This document shows, piece after piece, positions 16,570 through 31,668 of a DNA stretch of 56,101 nt (positions are counted from its first letter, which is position 1; every line of letters begins with the position of its first letter). Source of the stretch: Bigelowiella natans CCMP2755 (Eukaryota; Protista; Cercozoa); the NCBI GenBank assembly GCA_000320545.1, contig ADNK01002448.1, positions 1 to 56,101 on the forward strand. The letters run 5' to 3'. Made by a program: the position numbers and the translations under genes. A model generated the notes under the pieces. The model searched no databases and was not told the DNA's origin. It saw only the letters and a list, made by a program, of their open reading frames with translations.

Positions 16570-18382
16570 ATGCGCTCATTCCTCATAGCTATGATAGCTG
16601 TGGCAAGCGTGACGCTTGTTGCAGTATCAGCACAAGCCTCAGTGCATTCTAAACCAGCAACATCAACCAAATTCTCCCGCCACCGCTTCGCTACGAGACA
16701 GAGAGAATCTGCAGCAGCAGCTACTAGGACTAAGACAACAGCTACTAATGGTCCCATCTCTTCGGTTGTGAATCAATTGCGCGAACGTCATACAACAGAT
16801 GAAGCAAGGAGATCTGTGTTTTCTCAACTTAGAAAGGGAAGAAGTCTGCAGGTATTGAAATATAGTACCAATCTTGTGATATAATATACAATGCTAATGT
16901 TATTTGTATTATTCACAAAGAATCTGAAGACTCGCACAGCTGCAGTTGCTATGCCTGAATCGCTGAAGGCTCTCGATGGTCCCTCATTCGAACGAGGAAC
17001 GGAAAAAAGTGAATCTGCACTTCTTGATGAAATCATGATGGACATCAAGAGTCTAAGCAGTGACGGCGAAAATCTTCGAAGACCTTCTATTTCAACTGTT
17101 TTCTTCATTGGTATGTGGCTTTTCATCCCATGTTTTCGAAACTTCTCATATAAACTGCCAGCGAACCACAGAACGAGAGAGTCTCACGAAATCTGTTGTG
17201 TTTCAGTCCTGTCTTCGGTGGCACTGAGTGTTGTCTCTCCTTCTGCGTTCTCGGAGTCTGTTACGGAAGTTCTTATTCCAGTGGCTGCCTCGATCATCGC
17301 TGTTGCAACCACTGCTGCTGAGTTTCAAGGAAAAGATGCGACCGCTGATGCAAAGGAGGTGAGAGGAAACCCCAATCCACAAACATAACCCTTACCAGCT
17401 TCACAATATCTTAATAAATCATAGGTGGCTGCTGTAGCCCTTGCTCAAGCTGCGCGTTCCGAAGCCTATCTGTCCCGAGCTGAAAAGTAGTTAAACGTAC
17501 GCAACTACTGCAGCAACATCTAACTAACTGAATTTCTGCGAACAGATCCAAAGCTATCATTCCTGCGCTTGTTGGCGTGTCCGCTATGTCTGCGACTTTG
17601 AACTTGATCTTCCCTGCTATCATGGCATCTGGAGTCGTCGTGAACCCGCTTCTCATCGCTGCATGCCCTATCATTGGTGGTATTTCTGCTGCTGTTTCCT
17701 CGGTTGCTTGCATCGAGACTCTTGCCCAAGGTCCTACCCGTTCCTGGACTTCTTCTCTGCGTTCGCACATGTTGGAACTAGAATATTAATCGCTGTTCCT
17801 CCTACTTATCAGGCTACCTCGCCCTCGGAAAGATTTCGGGAGACCGTATGGTGTCAGTGAAGGAGGCAAATAACCGTCAATCGCGATTCAAGGCTCTCCG
17901 CCAACGGGCTTGGGGTCTTTCAAAAGCAGTGCTGCCCTCGATTCTAATAGGCCTCTTCCTCCCTGGTGACTACGTCTTCAAGTGCATCGTAGCTTCGGCG
18001 TGGTCTGCTGTCTCGGTTGCTTACAACTTGGCTGAAGCAGAGACGGTGAGTTGGCAATTGACCAAGCGCATTAACGAAGCACACAGGTGTTACTAACCGG
18101 CACCCAATGAACCCCAATCCTCAGGTCGTGGCCGAGGTTACTTTGAAGGTTGCTTTTATCTCTAAGGCTGCAGCTAAGGTAGGCGCGAGCAGAAATAAGA
18201 AGACAGTTTGACACTCAGTGACGCACTGATCTGGTTGCGTGCTCTCAGGCCGATGTGTTCGCTAACAAAGCTGCATCGGAAGCTGCAGTTCTTCCTTTCA
18301 CATCTGCCATTGCCGGTGTGAGTACCGCTCTTGCGGCTGCTCTTGTGGAAGTATCTCCTGTCGCTGCTAGCTTCATACCTCT

Positions 18383-18455
<73 letters not shown>

Positions 18456-19261
18456 GTAATCGTCAATACCGACGTTTCAAGATGTACACCAGGCTTCTTC
18501 CATCATAATCCGTTTTGATTCCGTTGATCTTAGTTCGGCGCCGTTGCGAGCGGGGTAGGAGCTTCAGCTGCATCTCGATCCGAAATGGACGCAACCTCAA
18601 CGAGGCTTGCATTCAGGGTAGAATCATCTCAGTTTTGATTTTTTTGCCAGCATTCCAGCACCGCCTAAAACACCTTCCATCTTTTATGAGTGTCATTTAT
18701 TTATTTTTGCTGTTTAATATCGCTGTCTTCTAGTTGGTAGGTTTACGTGCAGTATTTATCAAGGATAGTATTATTATTAGTAATAAAGCCAGTTTTCTCC
18801 ATAATTCTTTCCATCTAAAAATTTCGGTTCCCCCGCCTCCATCGCAGGACTCTGGTGTGAGCAAGATCGCCCCCATCACCCGTGTACCGACACTGTTCGG
18901 AAATGTCCTCCCGCCACTTTTCCAGTCTATGGTGAAAACCGGAGCCGACACCACGGGTCTGTCTGCGTATGCACTTAAGCAACTGTTAGATCGAGACAAC
19001 ACTAAACTACCTAGGTGCTGTAACAACTCTCTCTCTTTTATTCGACACGATTACCGCATGATCCAATCCTGTGACGCATCGATGAACGAAACGCACAAGG
19101 AAGATGGTATGAACCCTGACTAATTTGTGACATGGGTAATAATTTCAGCGCAATCCCTGCAAAATCTGGTCAACCTAGCTGAGAAAAACGGCCAGCAGCC
19201 AAGCTCCCAGAAGAACACTCGCTCTAACCCTTCAGATATCAGTCCTGCACCCGCAGTTTGA
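16570..19261 (+). CDS. Ala-rich multi-pass membrane protein with a bipartite (signal plus transit-like) leader, probably plastid-targeted
   Basis: MRSFLIAMIAVASVTLVAVSAQAS followed by an S/T/R/K-rich segment; hydrophobic exons EVLIPVAASIIAVATTAAEFQGK, AIIPALVGVSAMSA and LPFTSAIAGVSTALAAALVEV; last exon ends ...DISPAPAV* at 19261. Confidence 0.7.
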
Positions 19262-19739
19262 GAGAAGGAACAGAGAGGATAACAGTCGGATGCCTCCCTC
19301 GCTTTTAGACCGAACGTAAGGTTTCTCTCTTGTGTGGGAGAAATCATGTTACGGACCATTATACAGAGAGCAAATATACACATGCAAACATGTACATACC
19401 TCCATCGTCTTCACAACGCCCCATAGTGGGTTGTCAAGTAAGACACAAATAAGAAAAAATAGATCCATATATTATGGTGCCAGCTGACTGGACACCTCGG
19501 TAATTGAATAAACTACAGAAGCTGCTGTAGAAGTTTGATTTGCTCCGGTATCAGCGAGCTTCTTCGCATAGAAGTTAATGTTTATGCATCACGGTAATTT
19601 TTAGCATGTGAAACTTAACAGCATCAATAATATTTTTTCATCACGAAACGTCGGCGTGCATGCGTGTGCATAACCGCATGTAACTAAACAAAATTTATTT
19701 GTAAGGCATACATTCTAGCATTTCTAGATTTGTGTGTGC

Positions 19740-20420
19740 TGCGCGCTCCGCACGTACTAGCTAGCTAGCGTAGCATTTTGTTTTTGCCAGCATGCACTAG
19801 CGAGCTTGTCTGGTAGTACTGCAGCTTATTCTAAGCGCATTGTTGCAGTAGAACTGGACCAGACCAACACTAGAACACACATGAGCGAGCTCTGTAGGCA
19901 GCAGGGTCACTCCAGCGCTGCACGACAGCAACATTGCTAGATTGGCTAGCACCAGAATGAGAATTGAAAAAGCGTGATCATTTTGTTGCATCCGTCTCAT
20001 GCGCACATCTGAACAAGCAAACGAACAAACAAACTGCTAGACATCACATGTGCACAGTGCACACACGCACATCTAGATGTGCGCAAAGACTCCGCTTGCA
20101 CACAGCAGCTAGCTCTAGCTAGCAAGCTAGAGCTAGACAATTGCCCATGCTGGCATGCACATTGCCTGCGTTGCAACATCACATCGCATGCAGGCCTGGC
20201 TAGCAGTTAGCTGTGCGTTCATCTCCTCAGCAGTGCCGCAACCATTGACACCTGCGCACCGAAGGCAGCCAGGCATTTGCAGCAGTTCCAGAGTTGTGCA
20301 CCTCTAGACCTGCAAAACAGTCTAGCAGCATCACGAATTTCGAAATCTGGCATGCCAATCTAGATCATCATCAGCACATCTTCTTCAGAGAGTAGAACTA
20401 ACCACAAAATCCATTCTAGT
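19740..20420. other. TpA-depleted, CTAG-retaining island 3
   Basis: 19901-20390 has 14 TA: 13 CTAG and 1 TTAG. Confidence 0.9.
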
Positions 20421-20650
20421 TCGTTTGCATCAAGGCAGAATGAATGAATGTGGAAACCTCCGTTCGTTTCGCATTGGTGGACATGCACGATTTTTTTCCT
20501 TTTTCGCAAATGCATTGGGTGCGCATCCTACGACAACCGATTTTTTGGTCAAACACCTCGAAAACGGGCCACTTCCGTTGCCGTATCGCGTTCCCGAGCC
20601 GACTCGAATCGAGTTCCATCATTTACAAGCCCCTCGGGACGTCCAGTAAA

Positions 20651-22438
20651 ATGAACACAAGGAAGGGCAGGAACCAGCCTCGCCGGAGCCGATCGCCGTC
20701 TTCACGGGAAGGGTAATGAATCGATACTCCCTTGCCACGGCATTTCGGACGTGTAATGGTGCTAAGAAAGTTTCATTGGGATGATTTCGTTTTGATTTTC
20801 ATCTTCCGCCATTCCCCCCCCTTTGTAGGCAGAGGAGCGGGTCACGGGGACGGTCTCCGAACAAGAATCGAAAAGCTGCAGGCGGTGTGAAGGTGCCAAG
20901 CCTCTCTCTCGTCACGAGGAGAAGTACACGCAGTGCTTTGGTGAAATTGTTACACATTCGTCTGCTTTATGTATCTATTAGATTGCAGTTGGTATTCGAG
21001 TGCGGCCCCCGCTCCCGAGGGAAATAGTGGGAGGCTCGTTTCACGGGTGAGCGGGAGACATCGCATCGTTTTGCGCGCATTTCGCAGTACTCAGTACACT
21101 GCTTTCAGATGTGTTGGATGCTTGAATGGGAAAGTATACATCACGACAAGCGACAGACCGGTTCTCATTTCAAAGCAAGGTTATCAGCACAATCAAAACG
21201 TCCAGAAACAAAAGTGCCTTTTTCATCTGCACTGATCTCCTTGGCGCGCTTTGCAGGGAAGATCACATCTGGAGACGTTAGGGAATATGGCTTCGATTAC
21301 GTGTTCAGCGACAAGTAAGGAGTTAAAATGCAGAGGCACAAAATTTACAAAATGCACACACGCACGCGCGCGCGCGCACACACACACACACACACACATT
21401 TACTGTTTGTTCTTCCATGTGAAGTCTTCAAACATGACTAAAATCGCCCTGAAGCTTTCGCAACTGCAGGAAGAGCACAGAGGACATTTTCAAAGAAAGT
21501 TGCATGGATCCCTTGAAGGCTTTGCTAAGCGGAAGTGAGCATTGGCCAGCATATATACAAATTTTTATATCGAATATTAAGCAACATCAAACACATAGAA
21601 ACACACACTTATATATAAATTAATATATATATATATATATATATTTATAATTTATAATTGAGAATCTGTTTGCAGAAAATGGGACAATTCTGACTTACGG
21701 ACAAACGGGTACCGGAAAGACTTTCACAATGTCAGGTGATAAAGGACGCAAGATCCTAGGGGTAATACCTATATATATACCTACTACCAACCCTCTCCCC
21801 CTCCCCTCCACCACATCTTCCTTTCGCACCTAGCCTGAGCGTCGAGCCATTAATTTTGAAATCTCGGAATATCATACGAAAATGCCAAGATCTATGATCT
21901 CCACACGCACTGCACAGCCTTTCTCCGACAAATGTCGTTATCGATGCTATATGACACGGTCTCCTTCCCTGCCCTCTCCAGATTGTAGATCTGGCAGCAG
22001 AGTACCTGTTTCAGCATATCGGGGGGGAACGAGGAGAACGAGAGTCGGCGAACTCGCAAGGCGGGCGCGTTGTATACGTCTCGTATCTACAAATATACCG
22101 CCGGATGGTCAGGGATTGTGCACAATACATCACACCGCTGACATGGCAATCACCTCAATTGAAACGGTCTGTTGTGTAGGTCACGGATCTATTGGGCGAG
22201 TCTAAGAAGAATCTGTCGGAGTCTCTCAAACTTCGCGAAGTTCGTGAGGCACAATTATGAATATGCAAAACTCCAACCATGTACATGCGCACACCCCCCT
22301 CAATTGAACTCGGCGCAGCAGCGCACAGGGCACTGGATATCCATCATCAAATCCACGCTCTCTCTCTCTCTCTCTTTCTCTCTTTCTCTCTCTCATTCAC
22401 ACTTAGACACAAATTCGCACTCTTAATTATATGAATAA

Positions 22439-22504
<66 letters not shown>

Positions 22505-23984
22505 CCGCATACTTTACCTTGACCAAAATGAAATCGCCGAAATCCGAAGAAATGGAATTAGAAAGCAGTGACACTCTGAGAAGTCCCCGCGACATGGCGC
22601 ATGCGCATACCGCCTCGATGTAGATCGAATGCCGACGTATACGGTATGAATGCTGATAACGTTATATGTGGCCTTAAAATCTCTCTCAGGACTCCCAGGG
22701 CAATGTCTTCGCAGATGGGTTGAAGCGAAAACCTGTTACATCTCTGACGCAGCTTCAAGGTGCGGTATTGAATTCGAAACAACTCAAAACGAGCATTCTG
22801 GCATCTCACGCGTGCGTCTCTTCTTCATCGTATTACCGTTTATGTCATCACACCTTTCATCCTCAATCATCCTGAAATGGCAGCCTTTCTCCAACCCTCT
22901 CAGAATTACTTGCATACGGCAACTCACGCCGCGCCACTGCGAGCACGAAGTCATGTTAAGTATACAGCGCGATGGTTTCAATGCCCTTATGTTATATGCG
23001 TGCAGGCACGATGCCGTATTCCTTTCAAAATAGATAAGCCTAGAAGACGAGGACTTTCGAAACAAAAATCCAGAGATTTTCTATTAACGACGCTATAGTC
23101 TATCAGTCGCCTCCATTTTTGCGACAAGACCAACATTACGGCTCATGGATCATCCCGTGCTGATGTTGTGCTGAATCTTCTCAATTCTAGGCTCAACTCG
23201 ACAAGTTCTCGAAGCCACGCCATCATTACCTTTTACGTGAAAAGCAGAAAAGCAGACAGATCTTACGCGAAGCTACATTTGGTGGACCTAGGTACGACGG
23301 CAAAGCAAAGCATGCCCTTTTGCAGTGAATAAATCGTGTACTCTGCGCCATGCGACCTTGTGACAGTCTTTCCAACTTACTGTTGGTATATTGCCAATGT
23401 TTTGCTTTTCTGACGGCTCTTTCCGATATTTCTCATCATCAATCTAATGATCCATTGGCATGAATGTCCTGGTACGAGAACCCCGTCTAATCTCCCCCCT
23501 GCCCCCCCCCCTCTAAGCTGGCTCTGAGCGGGTAAAAGAAAGCGGAGTAACAGGCCAAGGACTCGGGGGTAAAGTGAATGAAAGATGCCAATCGGTGTAG
23601 TTAATTCGCCATAAAATAATGGCGCTTTTTGCACAGATGCAACTCGAATCAACCTCTCCCTCTTCCATCTGCTAAGGGTCATTCAGTCGCTAACGCAACG
23701 GTAGCATGCCATTCGGATTAGGAAAAGAAGAAATGGCGGGTGCCATGCCATTGCGTTATCTGAACGAGAAAAAAATGAAAGAGAAGCTCGGTGCTGCGAC
23801 AAAGTTTAGAAGTCGGCGCTTTCAATTCCGATATGATCGTTTCAATTATCTCCTTTGAATGAAAGACAATAGGAAGTGCCACCCTTAGTTTTTGGTTAAT
23901 AGTACCCGTTGGCTGTACTTTTCAGCGGGGGGCAGCAGACGGCTATCATTCCCTACAAAGACTCAAAACTGACATATCTACTGA

Positions 23985-24020
<36 letters not shown>

Positions 24021-24759
24021 GTGTGTTACTCCGAGGGCAACCACAGCAGAGTAGCAGCTCAAGTTTCATTGAATCAATGCAATAGAGAAGGCATTTTAAA
24101 TTGCTTCGCGCTGCTATTCCATAGTTTTACATGATATATTCGCTATTGCCATCCCCAACTCCCCAACCCCCCATCCCTCTCGCGCGTCCCCTCTCCCCGC
24201 TTCTTACTCTTTGGCAGGATTCTCTGGGAGGTACTTCTACGACGTGTATTATCGCGACAATCTCACCTGCTTTTCGACATGCTAAAGAGTCCGAGAGTAC
24301 GCTAGGGTAATATTCGATGTTTTTTTTCCCTAAGCGCAGTTCTGTCAGATTTCTTTTCACGACAAAAACTATAGACGTTTGGGGGGGGGTAGCAGGAGAG
24401 CGACGTGGTCGTTCGTAGAAGTAGCATAGGGAGAACGGCGAAGAGGGTCAAGGCTTCCCAATTTTCGAAAATATACAATCAGTTTGTTATGTGTTATGTG
24501 TGTGTGTGTGTGTGTGTGACTTATGCAGGTTCGCATTATCATGCTCACGGGTGACAAACACGATGAAAGCCATAAAAGGCGAGGAATCTGAAGAAGAGAA
24601 ACGACGGAAAAGGGAGGAGTTAGAAAAAAAGCGCCGTGAAGAAGAGGTTCTGTATTATGAACGAGACCGAGAAGATAATAATAACGAACGTTAGCAAATA
24701 TATCATCACAGGGCATAGTGCACAGACATCCCCCTCCCCCTCCTCCTCTCTCTCTCTCC

Positions 24760-24792
<33 letters not shown>

Positions 24793-27071
24793 TGTGTGTG
24801 CGTGCGTGTATGTGTGTTCGTGTGGGTTTGAGTTCTATCGTTAGGATTCGTTGGAAACAATGGTGAAGTTTAGTTGCGTGTTGACTCAGTTTGTTCTTCC
24901 TTGGAAAGAGCTGACCCAGCCAATAAGCGGGGAAAGAGTGCAGGTGCGACATGTCTCATATTCCAACGCTACATGGCGCGTTGATATCGGAAACTGAAAT
25001 CAAATCGAAGACTCCTTTTACTCGTTAGCACAATTCAAACTATTTATTGACTGGGGCGAAATTATCATCAGTACTGCGTAGCGCATGTCGCAGTGATAAA
25101 TTGTAGCCAATCTCTGCTCTGTAGGTGCAAGTTGGAAGCTCCGGGTGGATTTCGGCGCTAGTTTTTGGCAAGGACAGACTAGGTATCTAATGGTGATAAT
25201 ATCCACGATAGCAGGAAGCTTCAGAAAGGACTTCAAAAATGCTCTAAAATCTCTCCCCACAAAGCAGACTTTTTCTTAAAATAATCGAATAAACACACGC
25301 GCTCTATAGTAATCGCTCTAGTCCCGTACCCTTCCCTTTGCTGTTAGTATGATTGTTTTTTAAAAAATCTAACTAAAGGCGACTCACTGGCTATTGGGCT
25401 TCACGGCTATCCGTCCTGCGCTGAAAATCAATCGTAAGGAACAATTGCGTTAGGATCTTAACCGAGCGAATGTGCGCACAAGCATATATATACTCTAAGA
25501 CACGAAAAGGATGGAAGATCATGCTACACTCTCTACTTAGTGGCGGCAGTACTTTTTGAAACTGAAGCTGATTAATTTTTGTACTTGAAGCTAAAGCCAT
25601 CGTCACGAGTATTAGATGAAAAGCATCTTTCTGATGAATTAACGATATTGAATTGAGATTGACTCAAAACGTAACTTAATAGTTGGATTGTGGCGCCCTT
25701 ACTATGGGCTGGGTATAAGGTCAAAATAGCTAAAAAAATCTCATATACAAACTTTATTCAAACATTACTATGCATGCGTGTGCGTGTGCGTGTGCGTGTG
25801 TGTGTGTGTTAGAGAGTTTATATCCTGTCTAAGATGCTGAGAGTATCTATTTCATGCTCGTAGGTGGTTATGATTGATATGCCCGGATGTGGTCTTTCCG
25901 TCAAAAAAGGTGCCAGTACACTCATTAGATGTTTTTATTCTTTGAGCATCTTCATAATCAAAAACCACAGAAATGGGCGAGGTGGGGAGGAAACATAGAT
26001 AAAATGCCCCCTCCCCTCCTGCAACTGAATAAATTTTATATGATTACGTGTGTATTCGTTTATACGCGCGCACGTGTGTGTGGGGGGGTGGGGGTCGCAC
26101 GTTTCTTCAAGGCTGTGTGAATGGTGGGAGGACGCTGAAAACAAGATCAGAGTACAACCTCAAAAAAGGTTTGAAGATCTCTAAAAAACAAGTCTTTCCG
26201 TCGCTTTTACCTCAACGTGGCTAGACTCAAATACACCCTGGAAACATCCTGCAGGCGGAGCGTGCGATATTGTCGTGGAGGTCATCCGGTATTTTGCCAC
26301 CGGCGCGAAGTCCCCGAAAGCTGTTGTCTACGGCTACGACTGGGTCAGTGTTACAATGAGGATAGGTGGCGCATGCGCACGGATGCATGCCTGGCAATTT
26401 TTGATATTCGATTGTACTCTCTTCCAATGTATTTGCCAATGTTTTTTCAAGGGCGGCGGGATATGCCTCTCGCTTGCAAAGTCGAAGCGATGTAGAAAGT
26501 TTCTCAAGAAGGTCCTCGATTCTGCGTTTTGTAGTATTATTTATTCGGGACCGCCACGCGAGAGCGAGTATGCACGTTTGCGTGCATGAGAATGGAACCG
26601 ATGTTTGAGGGGGTGTAACGTATCATTTTGCCCACGAAGGGATTAGGATTCAAACGATGTCCTAGCGCCATTAACGCATGCAATTTGCGACACTTTGTTA
26701 CTGCTGTCGTCGATTCAGATTATCTCCTTCCACCCTTCCTACAACGAGGAAGAAAAAGGTGGTGAAAAAGCCGGTGATTTGTTGCAGAACCCAGTGTTGA
26801 TTCGTTGTGGAACCCAGTGTGCGTGCTTGTATTATATACATCCCCCGAACGGGAAAGTTGTGACTTTTTCGTTCTGTTGCAACTGTATCTTATTTGAAGG
26901 AGAACTGTCTGCAGTAAAGACGCCAACACTGCTCATGTGGTGCAAGGTGGCAACGAAGCAATGTGAAGACATGATGAATAGTGTGAATGATGATGATTAT
27001 GATAGTGATCATGATGATAATGATGATGATGATGATGATGATATGTACAATTTAAAGTAAATGAATTCACG

Positions 27072-27130
<59 letters not shown>

Positions 27131-28832
27131 GGATTTTAATATTCTCTGTGGTGTTGTGTAATAATGATGTCGTAGGAAGATCAGTTCCACAGCTGGTCAC
27201 GGTATGTCAATCGTGATGTAGTTTCCGACATTCTGATGTTGAACAGCTTCTTGTTCTATCGCAAACCAAGGAGCTTTATTGCAGGATAGAAACCTTCCTC
27301 ACAAGGGATTTTCATTATTAGGATGGCTATTATAGATATATCGTATGTTTACCGCTCAATATCCCTAGAAAGCGAGAAAAAGGCCTGAATGCCGGCAACG
27401 TTGATAGACGCAAAATGAAGTGATTAAATAAAGCAGTTGATTGAGACTGAAGGGTGTTGTCGTAGGTGGAAGACCAACGCGAAATCTCTTCAAAAAGCCT
27501 TGAAAAAGGACTATAGGCAGATGATATTCTCTGAACGTGATTATGGTGAATACGGGTGGAGGCGGCACACGGACAAGATCCATGAAGAAATGGCCGTTTT
27601 CGTGACCGGAAAGGCTATTCGAAATCTCAACAATAACAAGTAATCAACCAAGCGTCAAAAATATAGATATTGCGCACACGTTATCTGACTCCTCATCTTC
27701 CTCGCTGCCCCTTCTAATCTCTTTCTCAGTGTTTCATTGGTTACTCTTTCTTTTCGTCTTAGTCATCGTTTTGCATTTCACACTTGCCAGAATCTATTCG
27801 ATTTTGATACGCCATTGAGCCGATCTCTTCTTGTATTTCGTGCTGCACAGCTCACCTTTTCGTGTGCTCCTGCACGCTTTGTTGATTTCTCAAGCGGGTT
27901 TCTTTTACTGGTGAATTTGGTTGTTTTGGTTTTTTTCGCTACGCATTCGATAGAAAGGCACACCGTCGCTTGGAGTGTGAGTCCAAATCGACCACAGGCA
28001 GCTCAGTGACACGCAAGGACAACATCATATTCGATATCGCTCGTGAGGGGGGGGATAGTGCTAACGACGTGTTCAAGCCACTCGAAACCGAAGAGGAAGC
28101 CGCATTGAAGGTGTGTTGTTTCAACAGTCATTTGCGCTGTAGAGATGGTTCCACAAGCCTTTTGTGGAGAGCAGTGGGGGGCTTGTGAAGGATGTAGTGG
28201 ATGCTGAAATAGCCCATTCTCGTCGTTGATTTTGCCTCAAACGTGGAGATGAGGAAGGGCATCAGTATGGAAAGCATCAATGGCCTTTTTATCATGCTGC
28301 AATGCTAGCACACCAAAACAAACTTCGATCGATTTCGTTATAAAAAGGAGTTTATCGCTGCCTGGAAGGAAAAGCGCCTGAGACAGATGTTCGCGGCTGC
28401 GGTGGGAAGTGGTACGGCCGGATGCAATAAAACTGCTATTACTAGTTAGACGTATCACCTTGTTCTTGTAGGTGGAAGCGAAAAGCAGAAGGCGCTGTCT
28501 CTTTTCGGCCGCCTCCCTCTTCTCTCGCCCTCACTCCTCCGCTCACCCAATGTGCTGCTGAAGAGTGGGTTGTGGGAATCTTCCTCATTTCCACAAGACC
28601 GGTGGAGAGCCATGCGCCGATCGAAGCGATATGTCCGCGGAAGGCGATTACTTGTCCGTGTTCCCGTTCAAGGAAATCCGAAGAAAAGAGGGTATATGAC
28701 GTATGGAGGAGTGGGGGCTGGAGAAACACTGCGAAACACACATCGGGCGTTCTATCATGGGGTGGCACCTGGAAAAGGTGTAGCTGATTTGTATTTACAT
28801 ATTTTAGTAGTATGGAATTACACATTTCATAT

Positions 28833-28878
<46 letters not shown>

Positions 28879-28893
28879 ATATAAAAACATACA

Positions 28894-28930
<37 letters not shown>

Positions 28931-31630
28931 TAATATATATAATGATTGTATTTTCCCCCGTGCTTAGATGGTGATGAAAGTACAAAGATTCGCGTTAAAA
29001 TCGATGCTTTGGGTTCCGACAGCGACGACGAAGAAGGCAAACGTAGTAAACTTAATAACACCTTTAGAGTAACAGGGGTATTTTTGAAATATATGTGTCA
29101 AAGAGTCTGCTGACCGATTCAAAGATGAGGGTCGTAGGATGGGGGAAGGGAGGAGAGGGCGGAAGGGGAGGGGGGGGGGGGGGAGTTTTAAGGTATCTCA
29201 GTTGAAAGTTAAAAAAAAAAAACGGAGAAATTTCCGGTATTAACAGCACACACGCCACACACGGACACACTCGCGCAACAAAAGCATTGCACACTCACAA
29301 TTCCAGAGGTGGAGATATCTGTGGACAGAGCAATGGTTTTGAAGCTCAATCATAGGTAGTCGCATACACGCATAGAAGCAAACGCATCAACACAGCTACT
29401 ACTTAAACAGTGCGGCCACATTGACAAATATCGTATTGAGATCGCATCGCTGCAAGAAATTCAACTCGCTTTTCCTGATTTCACTCTGCTTTAAATGTTC
29501 AGTAGCAGCATCAATGTAGCAGTTTTGTTGATCTAATGATAACGAGACTAAGTTCTACGCAGATGGCAAACCCAAATTCATATGAAAAACCACCGATTTA
29601 AAAAATGCACGCTTTTAAAAAAAATCTTGGATGTTAGGCATAAGCTTCCATATGACTCAAAAACAGAGACCTTAACGCTGGAGGACGGCCTAAAGTAAAC
29701 ATTAATATAGTAACTGTTTATTATTATGATTCTAGTGTAAATAGAAGTAGAGCACGGGGTAGGGCACTCCATTATTATTCCTGGGAGGGAGGCATTGATG
29801 CTATTTGATGAGTTAAACTTGCTGTTGATGTTAATTCATCGAATTTTCTTACAAGTTCCCCTTTTAAGTCTCCGCACGGTTTCCACAGCAAACATTTCTA
29901 TTTATCTATCCAGTGCGTGTGTGGCATGATGTTATCCCGAGAGAATGATGTTCCTAATGTGTGACCTTCACACCCATTTTACGTGCATCGTCAGATGCCG
30001 CTATAAGCAACCAATTACGAAGGCCAAGATGTGCGAAATTGCTCTGGTAGTTTTCTTAAGAGCCCACAGAGACAAAGGCACCAATATATGTACATAAAAT
30101 GATCCAAGATAACCTGCAATTTATTTAGAGCTTATTTATCTTGCATTTTTACTAGATATTCAACATATCACCGATTCAAGGCACTTACTACCTTCGTTAT
30201 TTTCAACTTTTCAATAGGAGCTGAAGGCATTGGTGAATGACGAGAACATGTGGAAGGTTTGGAAACCATAGCGGCAATGCTAGTTCTCGATAATTCTGAA
30301 TACACCGTTGGAAGTTGTCTCTTTCAGCAGCAAAAACTATAATCGTTTCGCGCTTTAGACAAAGAGACTTTAATTTAGCAAGAGCGTATCAGCCAAACAT
30401 TTTGTACTGAAACTCTACACGCAAATATAAACATCCCTGCTCAAGCCCATGCACCTGATGACAGATATTTTTGCGAAAGCAACTGTTTTTATGTATCACG
30501 AAAATAATATGAGGAATATGCTAACAGGACGACAGCCTACAATGTGCGTGTGTGCGACGAATCCGCAAGTGCTTGAATATAATCACGTTCCAACGCGGCG
30601 AGGATGGAAATCTGAACGGTCAGATGGTTGGCATGATAGGGAGGGGGCGGTGGGAGAATCATCATCGTACTCATGTGAGCTAAATGACAAATGGTTATAA
30701 TACATACACTCCTCGTTGAGAAAGAAGTATTGAGAAGTTCTCAATAAGTTGATGCTTAGTAGCTGGTGGTTATACTCACACCGTTTGAATATAGCACTAT
30801 GAATTTTCGGTACATTGCTGCCTTAATTCCTCCATCACCTTAACTGCGGGAAAAACGTAAACAAATGTTCCCACAGCTGGAAATGTGCACTCTCGGAACT
30901 TCAGCAGATACTGTGGAAATGCTGCGGAGCTATTCGCGGTATTACGCCGACAGAAAGAAACGGAGGAGTAGAGGACGATTGTACAGAAATACACACCTGT
31001 TCATACGAACCTTCGTTTCAAAGTACATTTTTTCCAACTATGTAATCTAAAAAGGTATCCGGGCAAGGGCATTGCCACACGGTTTCTAGTGTTATGGCCG
31101 CTTTCCTCTATCCTTGGCAGGTTGCTTCGTGTATGTTATCGTCCGGCTACTGGCGTTGAAAGTTTGTAGGCATTTGCGTAAACCAACGAGATCAATCATT
31201 TGCCATCTGGATTTTGTTATTAATGACTTTTTTGACCATATCGAGATAAGACGTAATTCTTTCGTGTCGCATGTGTGGTCGTGCTTTTACTCCTGCTTCC
31301 ACTAAAGGACATTTTAGGTATTGATCTGCGCTACAGGGGAGGATTTTGTTTTACACCAGATTTTGATGGAATTGTGCAGGAAGCACCAGGTCTTGCTATG
31401 GTCTTTCTGAACATCTAGTTTATAACACATATGGAGAGAGTAAAGGAGGTGGGGGGCGGGAGAGCGAAAAGGAAAATATTTTAATTTGTTTCTGTAGCTA
31501 GAGCACAGCGTCGGTTTTAACCGTAATTTGTTTGCATGTGTGATCGAGCAGAAAACCACCAGTGGCTTGAATTTACAGCTAGGTTCGTATATTGTGATGA
31601 ATTTTACCATTTTTGGAGAAGGCTCTAGAG

Positions 31631-31668
<38 letters not shown>

